The position numbers were made by a program, and so were the translations under genes. Positions 44,454 through 57,052 of a stretch of 64,000 nucleotides of DNA are shown here, in pieces. Position 1 is the first letter of the stretch. The number at the start of each line of letters is the position of its first letter. The notes under the pieces are model-generated. The model saw nothing but the letters and a program-made list of their open reading frames with translations, did no database searches and was not told where the DNA came from. Origin of the DNA: Geosiphon pyriformis uo1 (lineage: Eukaryota; Fungi; Glomeromycota); NCBI GenBank assembly GCA_016748015.1, contig JAAOMT010000563.1, positions 372,001-436,000 on the forward strand, in the 5' to 3' direction.

Positions 44454-46697
44454 ATGATGACTTCACATTTGGAAAATGGTGCCAGTCCTACTTTAGGCTA
44501 TCCACCACACACCCACTTTGCAAATCCCACAGCTCATCCCTATTGGCCACAATGGTCCGGTGTTAATGGGGCTAATGGGACCAATGGAGTAGCCGTTGCC
44601 ACATTATCAAATAATCAAGGAAGTGCCTTCATGCCAGCATATGGGAGTCCAGCAGGAGCTGCTATTTCCCAACACAATCCTCGCCCAAAATTAACAACAA
44701 CAATATGGGAAGATGAAGCCACACTTTGTTACCAAGTTGATGCTCGAGGCATCTGTGTAGCAAGACGTCAAGGTACTATTTCAATTTGTCAATTCTTCCA
44801 GATTTTATACTTAAAATTGCTGACTATGAATTCTGAGAAAACTTATTGATCCTTGTCAAAATGAGATGGGGGCCTATAATTTGGTCAAATCGATTCCCAA
44901 CATCTAAATTATTATTTATCAATTATCCAATTCAACATATTTATCCAGTTATTTCCGGCATCCTTTTAATAACCCTTTTCTCTTTTTTTTTTTTTTTTTT
45001 TTTTTACCAAATAACTTTAGATAATGACATGATCAACGGTACAAAACTGTTAAATGTAGTCGGAATGTCACGAGGCAAAAGAGACGGCATTCTCAAAAAT
45101 GAAAAAGGCAGAGTTGTAGTGAAAGTTGGAGCAATGCATCTTAAAGGTGTTTGGTATGTAGAGCTTTACGGCCCCACAGATTTTATACAATATATAATTC
45201 ATCCAGAAAAATTCATCTTCTTACCAAACTATTACTATACAAAATGATTCACATTATAGGATTACATTTTCACGTGCAAAGGCCCTTGCCACCCAATTCA
45301 AAATTACTGAGCTACTTTATCCACTTTTCGTGGAGGATCCAAGTGTCTTTCTTCACAATTCTTACGGTAGCCCTGTGCACAGAATTCCTTCAATGGGCAC
45401 AGCAGCATCGTCTCAATGGAGACCTCATCATTTCACCAACACGTTCAATAATGGCACCTATGCTGAAACAGGTAGGCCATGGTATCCATACAGTAGTGGT
45501 AGTCCTGTTGCCAGTATGATTCAACCCACATCAGGTTCCCAAGGTATGGCGATTTCCTTCTTTTTTTTTTGGTGATCTTCCCAAGTCATCTACATTGTGT
45601 CTTTTGTAGTTAACATCAATTCCTTTCCTTTTCTTTAAAGGAACAAGAGGCCATAATCCTCATCCTCCGCAACATATCGAGGAAGAATATACAAACTATA
45701 ACCTGATGAATGGACAATCGCAACAGGGTCAACAAGGAGTTGTAGTCTCTGGAGGTGTAAGTACTTGAGAAATCTCGAAACTTTGTTTACGCTTTCGAAA
45801 TCATACGTGAAAAAACTTAACGAGTCGTTTATTTTCTAGAATTCATTTCAGGGAAGACCTCCAGCACAGTACGAAGGATCACCAAATTCGCAACAAATTC
45901 GTACGCCCAATCCTCTCTACAATAGTGTGAAAGCTGAGGAAGGTTCCCCAAGTAATGGAACAACAAGTTATTTCCGTTCCGCTTCTGGCCTCTATAACCT
46001 TGTTTCTGCAACCGAAGTTGTTGGTGGAACAACATCACAATCCGCTTCTCCTCAATTGATTGGTCAAAAACGTAGCTATGACGGGGATGACAATGATGAG
46101 TATAACAATGCCGTCAATCATTCCAATCAATCGAGTCCTCCACTTCCTATGCATCCCCCACCGTTGTCTAGCATAGCTGTTGGTGCGACAATGAATGTGG
46201 CCGCAAATTCTTTCCCAAGTCCATTGAACGTTAGCCCACAATCATCTCCAGGAAACACATCAGCTTTCTCCGGATGGAATCACGCTGGAAAACGAGTGAA
46301 ATACGAATATCCCGAAGCCACTACTCCATCATCAGCTCACTCATCTCCGAGGATTGGACCTGGTTATCAATTGCCTGGTTTAGGCGCAGGCCCTGCTACC
46401 CCCGGATCAGCAACTACCCCAACACAGGCATCATACACAAACAGCTCACTTCAATTGGTGACTAATGCTCAAGGTAGTCCTCATCATTATTCATCTGCCG
46501 CCAATAACGGTCCCGCCACAGGTACAACAACACCAACAACCGAAGGATTAGATCGGTACTTTCAAGATAGTGCTGTATTAAATACACCACCGGAAAGTGG
46601 TGGCGTCGGTACTCCAGTCGAGGAGAATAATAGACGCTATGATCAATACCGACGAGATGAATCAAATGATGAATTAAACAACAGTCAATGGGAATAG
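44454..46697 (+). CDS. stuA: APSES-domain transcription factor, StuA/Sok2/Efg1 clade (start may lie further upstream)
   Basis: Spliced [59 protein letters not shown]...HLKGVWITFSRA...LYPLF. Introns at 44773-45020, 45154-45259, about 45544-45640 and about 45757-45839. Confidence 0.93.
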
Positions 46698-48069
46698 ATC
46701 TGTCGGGTTGTGATTTTAGTAGTATAATCTAGATAAAAAGGTTGAATGTGAATACCCATCATGACTCTTCCGTTCTCTCTCCCGATCTTTCCTACTACGC
46801 TATTATTTTTATGGCAAAAAAAAAACAACTGAAAATCTTCAAAGAAACATTTTTCTCCCTTTTCTTTTTGTAGTTTCTCTTTACGCTTTTTTTCTTTCAA
46901 TACGGCACGTGGCTACAACTAGTTATCTACGTCTCGTTTCTCTTTTTTTTTTAATTTTTCAAATGGACTTTTTAGAGCACTTCATATAAACAAATCAATT
47001 AGACAGAACACCCTAGAGAGGGCAAAATACATACACAAGCACATACGCCACCCACATACAAAAAACTTCTACAATCAACACCCTCTCCCGACAAATAACG
47101 AAAGAGATATATATTGTGATTCAGTTATTTGAGATTGTCAATACATCCATGTGAGTTTGGCTACAAGATAAAATGCTAAATACATAAAAAACCATGTTGG
47201 TTTCTTTTTTCTTTTCTGTTTGTAAATATGCAAAATGATGAGGCAGAATGGATGGATAATCTATTTTATTATCAATAGACGTGAAGTTTAAAAATATTTT
47301 GGTCTAAAAAGTTTGCGAGATACTTATTCATAATATTATTGAACTTTGAGAACCATAATTTAAAACATGAAAAGACTCGAGCTCCAGAATAAGATTATAT
47401 ATTATCAGCGCATACTAAAGGGATATAAAATTTTTTATCATTGTTTGATTGATATCTAGTACGGCTAGTAAAGATATTGTGAAAATAAAGATCTGTGATC
47501 TGCCAAATCAGTAAATTAATTGATCAATAAAAGCAGCTTTTAAGTCTCAAAGCCTAATGTCTGATCCAAGAAAATGTTTTAATTAATATTATTTTTACAA
47601 TACAATAGATCTAATTAAACATATTGGTTTTATTTAATTAATTTTTACAAATATTTTTAATGCTTATTATTAGATATTTGTTATAATTAACAAACAAACC
47701 AATTTTATAATTTAACAACTTGGTATAAATTTTACATTTGTGTTAAAATTAATATTTTTTGTTTTTAATAAATTAATATTTAATATAAATAGTTATTTAC
47801 ATAGTTGTAATTTATATAATAATGCTTTAATTAAATTTTCAAATTATAAATACAATTAGTTGCAATCTGTTCAATATTATGTGTCATATTTAAAAATTCG
47901 ATTTTTAGTAATTAAAATCAATTTTTTATTAAAATACTTATTTTTAATATGAAAATCAAAACATCAACAAGATTCTAAAGATCGTCAGAACGAAACACTT
48001 ACAATTTTTCTTTTATTTTTATTTTTATTTTTATTTCTCAGTAAATCAAGAAAAATAATGGGATGATTT

Positions 48070-49851
48070 TTAATTGTTTTTGACCTCCCACCATGCACGT
48101 GGAGGTTTTACTCGCCTACCAGAACGGGTTGTTTTCTTTGATCTATTAAGGTGATCAACAGGAGTATAAATGGAACTTTTTCGTCTTCTTGTAGTCGGGG
48201 AAACAAGGCGAGGAGGCTCAGGTGTAATATTATTAGTGACCTCAGGATAGGAAATTTCAGGAACAGTATTGATGGGATCGGAAGAGAAGGCTTCATGGAG
48301 AATATCATCGCTGTGATCAGAAGATGAGGCTTTGGCTTCAACAATCCCAGGGGGATCCAGAGATGTTTCTAGAAGGGTAGTATTGGTGAAATCGGAATGA
48401 GCAGTATCGACAACGACAGAAATGAGGACATTAGATGAAGCGGCTTCGCGAATATCACTAGCGTAATCGGAAGGGATTTCGGGACCGACACATTTAATAG
48501 CATCAGAAAATATTTTGGGAGCTACCGCCGCAATTGAATTATTTTTCGAATCACTAACGGGAGGGATGTTTGAATTGGTTTCCGAGTCATCAGAAGGTGA
48601 AGAATCTACGTCATTCGTGACAGTTTTCGAATTTTCAATGGACAACGCAACAACCATATTCGAGTTAATCCCCGAGTCATCAATAGGGGGACCAGCTGTT
48701 AAATCTAAGTTAGCCTCCAAATCATCAATAGGCAATGACACTATTAAATCCAATTTATCAGCTTGTATGTCATCAACGGAGGCAGGAGCTACGAGATCCA
48801 ATTTATCGGTCTCTTCTAATTCACCATCATCAGATGACTCATTTAAGGCTTGCTTTTGTAACTTGGTAACCATTAGCCTGATATCACGTTTTTCCTCACG
48901 AACAAGAAGCTCACCAAGAGTGGCCTCTGACCAATCTTCCGGGAAGCCAAATTTAAAATCTTTGACATACTTTTCGGAGAATCCTAAGTTAAAGATTAAA
49001 TTTAGGAGAATATTCATGAGACCAATTATATAAAAATATTTTAATAATTTACCATCTTTACACATTTTTTCATAGTCCAAATCACCATGAAGTTGAACAA
49101 TTGTCCCAGTAAACGTTTCCAAAGTGTGTTCATCTATTCTACTTATTATAAGTGAACTATGCCATTTCTTAAATTTATAGTTATTTTCAATAAATGAATA
49201 AATTGATGATTAATATCCATTTAATTATTGGTTTTTGGATGGATTCTGAAATTAAAAATAGATTACCGATTTCATTCCAAGTTCAGAATTTTGACGAAAG
49301 CCTTCAATAAGGATCCATGTTTTGAGCTGTTCCCCTTTCTTTTTAATTATTATAAAATAAATCAATTTAAGAATTTTTACTATAAATCAAGAACATAATT
49401 TTAAATGCTTTGGTTTGACCTTTGATCATAATATACTTACAAAACCTGGAGCCAATATACATCGAAGGCACCATCGTGAAAGAACTATGGTATACTTTGT
49501 CTCATCGAATTTGGAATTACTTCGTATACGTTTAAGGTTTTCTGAAAGATCATGTTGATCACTGGTCCTTAACTTTCTTTTGTCTTTGAAAACTGAAAGA
49601 TATGTTGCTGATGATGATGATGATAATGATGGAGATGGCCCAAAAACCGACTCTAATGTATTCTTATGATTTTTAGGGGTTATGCTCCCTGACATAGTTT
49701 GATAGTCCGTCGAAATAAAGGATTTCATCTTTTCTGGCGACGTGTCAGTTTGCAACATCGACGACGATCGAGTTACAAGCAGCGAATTTTTATTCTCAAT
49801 TTTGGCAGAAAATCCTGACGTATATTTATATCCAGGTTTCAATTGGTGCAT
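48070..49851 (-). CDS. KNL2: KNL2/Mis18BP1-like CENP-A loading factor (SANTA domain plus C-terminal CENP-C motif)
   Basis: Spliced LSRWCLR...WILIEGF...WHSSLIISRIDEHTLETFTGTIVQLHGDLD...GFSEKYVKDFKFGFPEDW matches the SANTA pattern. The C-terminus is TTRSGRRVKPPRAWWE. Confidence 0.85.
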
Positions 49852-49976
49852 ATTAATTTCCTAAACCCAAAGTTCATTTAAGGAACAGAATATTTAGTGG
49901 CAATGATTGATCCTTTTAATTATGACACCTAATTTTGATTTATAACGTTAATTAATTCATTGAATGTTATTTAAAA

Positions 49977-50086
49977 ATCGCGTGGATGCGAGAATAAATC
50001 ACAATTTTGCTTTATCCCTCAATCTTTTGAAATTCTTCAGCTTCCCGGCTAATGTTCCAAGTTCGCTAACATTTGATCACGCGTGA
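49977..50086. promoter_or_regulatory. Bidirectional promoter with MCB/StRE-like CGCG boxes
   Basis: Palindrome TCACGCGTGA at 50077-50086 and TCGCGT at 49978-49983, within a roughly 300-bp gap between divergent ATGs. Confidence 0.5.
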
Positions 50087-50149
50087 CACCAGACTCGACT
50101 TTTTCGGTTGAAAAATGAAGTTAAAAAACCGGAAATAGTACAGTATCGA

Positions 50150-50592
50150 ATGGTGGTTGGCACCGCAAAAAGGTAAATTTTCATATTCTATTAAATAGAA
50201 ATTTCATATGTAATTATTTGTTCACATGATAAATCCAAATGCGTGTCGTAAACAAGGAATCGACAAAGACCTCGATTCATTCACGCGAGAAAGGTCGAAA
50301 ATGGCAAAGAACTTTTTTTGGTTCAATTCAAAAGGTAATCGACTCTTTGGAGAATATGATAACTTATTTTTCTTCAAAGTCCCACCTTCAACGATGTGCT
50401 TTTACTGTTGCGAAGCGAGTTTGTTAAGATCATTCTTTACCAGAGCCCATCCCTAGTCGGTGGATTGCGGCCGGTAGTAATCGTTGCCTCGATTCTTTAA
50501 TTGAAAAGTACAATAAAGAGGTCTGGCGTCAATTCAGAAGTGTTAATAATGGATTAAATCAAGATCAGGAAGTTCCAACTTTCAGTTCATAA
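50150..50592 (+). CDS. Putative 78-aa chromo/chromo-shadow-like protein (exons 50150-50172, 50257-50334, 50457-50592)
   Basis: Two GT-AG introns in matching phase give MVVGTAKRNRQRPRFIHARKVENGKELFLVQFKSRWIAAGSNRCLDSLIEKYNKEVWRQFRSVNNGLNQDQEVPTFSS. Confidence 0.55.
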
Positions 50593-52730
50593 AGAGCTGA
50601 TATTATGGTACAAAGATAGGAATTGCGTAAAGCAAAAACTTTTATATGTTTCTCTTTTCAAACATCGAATGTACCCTAATTTTAGGTGGAAATCGATTAA
50701 CAAATGGATCCCACTGTATTGCAACCTGGTGAAATAGTTGATCACGATATTCCATTTGGCCGGTGGTCTCAGGTAAATTATAACACATATATGATATTTC
50801 CTGGTTCGCATCGTCAAAATGCAAATACAATGCTAGAAAGGATCGATACAGGCACCACTCAACGGCGAACATTATTGCACATCCGATCAAGGAGAGTCCC
50901 GCCTTCGAGTTCTTCTGATTCAATCAACTCATTTCTTCGGCTTCCTCTTTCTTATCAGACGAAGATTTGATTATGCCATAAGATCATAATTTCAATAACA
51001 ATAGTGAAAGAAATGAAGGGATGATCGCCGAATTGTAGTAGGAATTAAAGACCAGGTTTTAAAAAACCGTCCATGTCAATATGCGATTCTGGATTTGGAG
51101 AAGGAGAAGAAAGGTGCATGTGACGGTTTTGCGTATTTTAACTTTATACAAATTCTCACTCTGATTTATCGAACAGATTTTATTACAATTTTCACCCTTC
51201 TTCCAAAAAAAAACAGAGATCTCATTAAATCAGCTTCTTGTGAGTTTTTTTTTCGTTTTATCATCTGATCGTTATACTACTTCGAATAAGATTCTTTATG
51301 ATCACATACATCAAAATATCCTTTTTTCACATGTCATAGCCCCATTATTGAAGATGGGAAAAATCGAAAAGCACACAGACAACGCCATGATCGATGAGCA
51401 ATTGATAAAATAGATTCGTTGTAGAATTCTTAGCCTTGAGCAAAGATACCTTTCTACAACTTGATAAATCCAAGATTCCTTAGCTTAGAGAATTTTCAAG
51501 GATGACCGCTATTCGGGGGATATTGTCAATTTTCTGAAGAAAAAACTCAAGGATACGGATAATGTCGGCTTTCCCAGTAATATATACAACTTTTTGAAAA
51601 TCATTGGATTTTTCGGGGAAAGATGAACACATTTAACTTTTAAGGTGAAAATTACTCCTTCACAAGGTTCAAAACAACAACAGTGAGCGTAAATTTTAGC
51701 AGATATTTAATTTTAGAGTCTAAACCTATTATTGATATCACCCTTTTGTGGATTAGCCCAAACTATTTTTCTCAATGATTATTGAAGGTCGGTCCAGATT
51801 ACTCAAAATTCTCGCGATTTAAAGAGCAATCATAGACTTGTATACACGCTACAGTCGCTTGATCATCTCAAACCAGTTTTCATCATATTTAATAATCACA
51901 AAAGTCATTTTCACCTACTAAATTGGGATTTCTAATATAAAAACCCCATCTAGAGTGAAGAATTTTCTCAAGATAACAATATATTAAATAATATTTGAAG
52001 AATGTAAAATTTGCAAGTTTAGCTGAAAGTATTAATTTAAAAAGACGAAGTTGTGTAACTAAAAGTCATTAACCTCCAATAATAGCAATTATTTATCCTT
52101 TACATACTGCGAGCACAGATTAATGCATATGAATTTATGATGATAAATTGGAAAATCCTCTGGGTATTATGATTTCTGCCTTAAAATATCTAGCTCTGAT
52201 TTTGTTCCACAAGATCCGTTATTTATATAAATAGAAGCTGGGCTCATTTATCATTTTTTTAAAATTTGAATCCCATTCAAAAATCAATCTTATAATAATT
52301 ATGAGTGTTAATTCAAGATTTCAAAGAGCTAACGTAAGTTCGGGTTATGGGATTACGCGAATTTTGAAACAAATGTTTAGTCTTAATTGAAAATTTCCCA
52401 AATTTTTTATTTCGTCATCATTTTTTTAATACTAAATCATCTGATCAAACTTTTTGAAATTAGCATCAAGTTAAAAATATTTGCCTGGTCTTTCGTGTAT
52501 CAAAACAAGATAACCATTGCAATCATTTTATCAATAATATTTGGACAAAACTGAAAATTTTCAAGTTAGCCTTGGATGTTTTTTTTGTTTATGCTATGTC
52601 GTAAATACAGTAAAATATCTAGACCTTAAGTTCTTAATCACCCAATCTCAATCAAGTTGAAAAATTAATTCGTTTTCCTTTTCAATTCTAACTCTTGAAA
52701 TATTAGCCTGGAGGGTCTTATAGACGTCTA

Positions 52731-55554
52731 ATGGATAAATCGGATCTGGAAGATAGCGAATTCATTTCTCCTGCAACAAAATCAGGTTTGCAAGAATTAT
52801 GCTCGACCTCATCCAATGATGATAATAATCCTTCTCAACAGTCAAACGAAATTGCTACGGCGAATACGGATCACAAGAATCAATTTTATCCCCATCATAA
52901 TATAGAACATCATGATACCACACTTTTGAAAGATGTAGAAAAGCATGCAAAAATTACATCAAGGGTTTATTTTTCGGCTTTTTTCGTTGCCATTGGTGGG
53001 TTTTTATTTGGGTAAGTGAAGGCTTATTTCGAGTAATACAGCCATATAATATGAGTGTTTCTTTTCTTCTGTTAATACAATTGTTCAAAATCTAACTTGA
53101 GAGCCTTTTTTTTACTCTTACCGTGGGGATTATAATAGGTATGATACCGGTGTAATAAGTAGCGCGATGTTGTTAATTGAACAGGATTTTTCAATGACTG
53201 CACTTGAAAAGGGAATTGTTGTTGGTGGTTAGTAAATTCTTACTACTATATCTGAAGTGTTAATTTGATCCTCATGGGTTTTATTGACTGAAAAGAGTCA
53301 TTCTCGCTGCCAAATCTTTTTAGCAACTACAATCGGGGCTTTTTTTGGTAGTTTGGGAGCTGGTATGCATGTAAAAATATTTAAAACTCCAAGATCAATA
53401 GCTTTTCTATTATAATAAATTTTGAAAATTTGTCCAAAATAGGACTCATTTCGGATACAATGGGTCGACGCATAACATCAATTTTAGCGGCGCTTGTGTT
53501 TATTCTAGGTGCATTGGTTATGGCTTTTGCTCATAATTACGCGTTTCTAGTCATTGGACGTTTAATTGTCGGCTTTGGTGTCGGATTAGCTTCGATGGTG
53601 GTGCCAATATATATTGGTGAAATATCACCAAGATATTATCGTGGTCGATTAGTCACGCTTAATGTGCTTATGATTACGGGTGGCCAGGTTGTTGCGTGAG
53701 TGTTTTTGAAATTTTTCCAAGACCAAAAGATGCATATAAAAAAGATTTTATTCCTGCTTGCAGATATATGATTGGAATCGCGTTTATTGAGATAGGTCAA
53801 GGTTGGCGTTGGATGGTAATTTGTTTTGTTTTGAATATTTAATTCTTGTGAATTTGGAATTAAACCCAACTCTTTTTGGCATCAAGGTCGGCGTTTCAGC
53901 ACTACCAGCCATGATTCAATTGATAGGTATAATAATCCAAAGAATTTAAAAGAGAATAATTTAATAAATCTAAAGTAACTCTATTTTTTTACAGGGTTTC
54001 CATTTGTCCCCGAAAGTCCACGTTACCTAGTACGTGCTGCAAAACCAGCTAAAGCTAAAAAAGTATTACAAATGATTTATCCTGATGCTCCGGAATCTTT
54101 CCTCGATAAAGGTTGACTAGTATGCTGCACCGTATTAATGTATCGGCTTTTAATTGCAATCATGATGGCACTAGCATAATCCCTTTCTTTGATTGATTTT
54201 CCCTCCAGAAATCGCCACCATTCAAGATACTATCGCTGAGACGACAACTGGTTCTTATAAAGAATTGCTACATTATCCGAATTCTCGACCGATGATTATT
54301 GCTTGTGGTCTGCAAGCATTTCAGCAGCTCTCTGGATTCGACACTGCAATGTATTATGGGGTAAGCTTGGGTTGGGTAAAACATTGGGATTCAAATTGTC
54401 TTTCAGAAAGAAAAATTTTCACGTGTGATATTTCTTAAAGGGAACCATTATGAAAATGGCTGGATTCGCGACTGTCAAAAGCGCTACCATCTTTTCAGTT
54501 TTGGTAGCCTTGACAAATTTTCTAATGACTGGTAAGCAAAATTTAAACTTCACATTTAAAAACATCCGTATCATGTTTCTAAAATTGGTTTTAATAATAA
54601 AATGATTTTCAAATAGCTGTTGCACTCTATGTAATCGACAAAATTGGTCGAAGACGAATTCTCCTGGTCACAATTATTGGAATGGTAATTGGTCTTTTAT
54701 TACTTGGAACTGGATTCATTTTTGTCACCGGATTTGTCCCAAAGCAAGACTCTTGTAGTGAATATGGGACGCGTTGTGGATCATGTTTGCAAGACGATCG
54801 ATGTGCCTTTACAATTCCAGAGAAAATATGTCTCCCTAAACCTGATAATGGTGATGAATATAAAATCATGAACATTTCATTATCCACCTACTCCTCTACT
54901 GATTATTATAATAGTTGCCCGGATGTGAATTATAGAGGAACTTATTTAACATTGATGAGTCTGGTATTTTATGTGGTAAGCTTATTTACGGTTTGAGAAT
55001 GATTTCTAAATTTCAAGTTTGAACTCGATGTTCAATTCTTAATGCTTTAATATAACTTATTTCTTTAAAAAGGCTGCTTATGCATTAGGCCTCGGTCATG
55101 CACCATGGTTGATTCAAAGTGAACTATTCCCGTTAAATGTTCGTGGTCGAGCTAACGGGATCGCAACTGGTAATATAACATATTTTCTTATTTCAAGCTT
55201 GAGCCATTTTCCTTAAAACCTTCTGTTTTGGAAGATTTTCTCCTAACTACCTTTTAATAAATTTGTCCAATATTCACAAAAATATTAGCCACAAACTGGA
55301 TCTTTAACTTGGCAGTTTCTGTTTCCTTCCTACCCTTAACTGAAGCAATAACCGCCACAGGTAAATTTCTTTTTCATCATTATAATATCTAAACATTTTG
55401 GTATTTGAAATAATCAAAAATTTAATCCAATCTTTAACCAGGCACATTTTGGCTTTATGCCGGTATAATGATTTTGGGTTGGATATTCGTTTTTCGATGG
55501 GTTCCTGAAACTAAAGGCAAAAGTTTGGAAGAAGTAAAAGAAGTGTTTTTTTAA
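52731..55554 (+). CDS. MFS sugar porter, myo-inositol transporter type (ITR/INT/HMIT-like), multi-exon
   Basis: IGGFLFGYDTGVIS, DTMGRR, PIYIGEISP..RGRL, PESPRYL, LQAFQQLSG, IDKIGRR, QSELFPLNVRGRA and VPETKGKSLEE. Confidence 0.92.
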
Positions 55555-56030
55555 TTTGGATAACACCCGATTGAATTATAAACATCCAAGGTGGATAATG
55601 AACAATTATAAATTCGCTCGATAATGTTACTTTACTGATGGAACAGCCAATGGAAGTTTAATTAATAAGCCTCGAAAGGAAGGCAAAGTATTTTAGATAC
55701 ACGATTGTCTCGAATCCTGTATACTTTGTTGCTTCTTTGGCATAGCTTTCTTTCGACGTAGGAAATTTTTATTTATTGGTATAGGTCGCCATCATATATT
55801 ACACTCTTTTATCATTAGGCAATATTATTCATTACTCGCACATTTTTCTAATAATAAAATTAATTATTCTATCTTTTTATTAAATTGATTATATATTTAA
55901 TAAAATGGTCTTTTTTTAATTTTATTATTATTAAAAATATTATAATTTGTTTTATTTATAATTATGTTTTTTTTAACAAGATTTATTACAATACAATAAA
56001 AAATATGTTTTAAAGTAAATGTGGTTTATC

Positions 56031-57040
56031 TTTTTTTTTACATGTAACCAGCCACTTGGGCTAATTAAAACTATATTAGACATCTAACACAACTGAATTA
56101 TTCATTTTCAAACCTGAAAAAATAAATGTCTTTTTTTATAATCAAAAAAAACTAAATAAGTTTTAAGCATATTTAAATTTTGTACAATCAAACTGAAAAC
56201 TATAAATACAAAACTTACATATTATTAAACACTAATTTTTTATCTTTAATCCAATTTTTTTTTATAGAAATTTAAATATTTTTTATATATTAATTATTAA
56301 TTATTAACAAAAATTAATTAACTTAAAACCAATTATTTTTGCAAAATCAAAAATTTATAAATTAGATTTTAAACATATAACTTTTGTATATTGTTATATA
56401 AAACAAATTATTTTAATATTTGTTAAACATTTTTAAATAATTAATTTCTTGGTATTTAAATTTTTATATATAAAAACACATAATCAAAAAACTTAATTAT
56501 ATTATAAAAAATATATATGAAACAGTAAAATATAAGTTATTAATAAAATCAAATTTAATATAAAAATTTAATAATTAAATTAACTTTACTTATATTTAAT
56601 TTATATTTTTAATTATATATTAATATATTTAAAATTAAATCTAATTTTTAATAAGTATAAACAATAATATTATAAATTTTTTTTATAAAATATTTAATAT
56701 TAACTAATATAAATATATTATTTAAAGTTTTTAAAATTTTTTAAATGTTTAATAATAATATAAATTTAAACAAATAATTATATCTGTCATAATATTATTT
56801 ATTTTATTATTTTTAATATATATAAATATCTTTTAATTTTGTTTATTATTTTTATAATAATTATTTATGTTTATAATAATTAAAAATTTATTTTATATTA
56901 TATAATAAAAATAATTTTTGTTTTTTTATTTAATTTGTTTTTTATTAAAAATTTATTTAATAAATAATTTTAAAAACTTTTAAAACAAATTCTTAAATAA
57001 ATATTTGATTAAATTTTATATTATTTATTTAATATATATA
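56031..57040 (-). mobile_element. Heavily AT-eroded LINE 3' fragment
   Basis: Poly(T) followed by ACATGTAACCAGCCACTT matches the 3' UTR motif of the other LINEs, and a remnant ORF2 C-terminus (FSGL..SVVLDV*) follows. The far boundary is uncertain. Confidence 0.55.
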
Positions 57041-57052
57041 TATATGTATATA

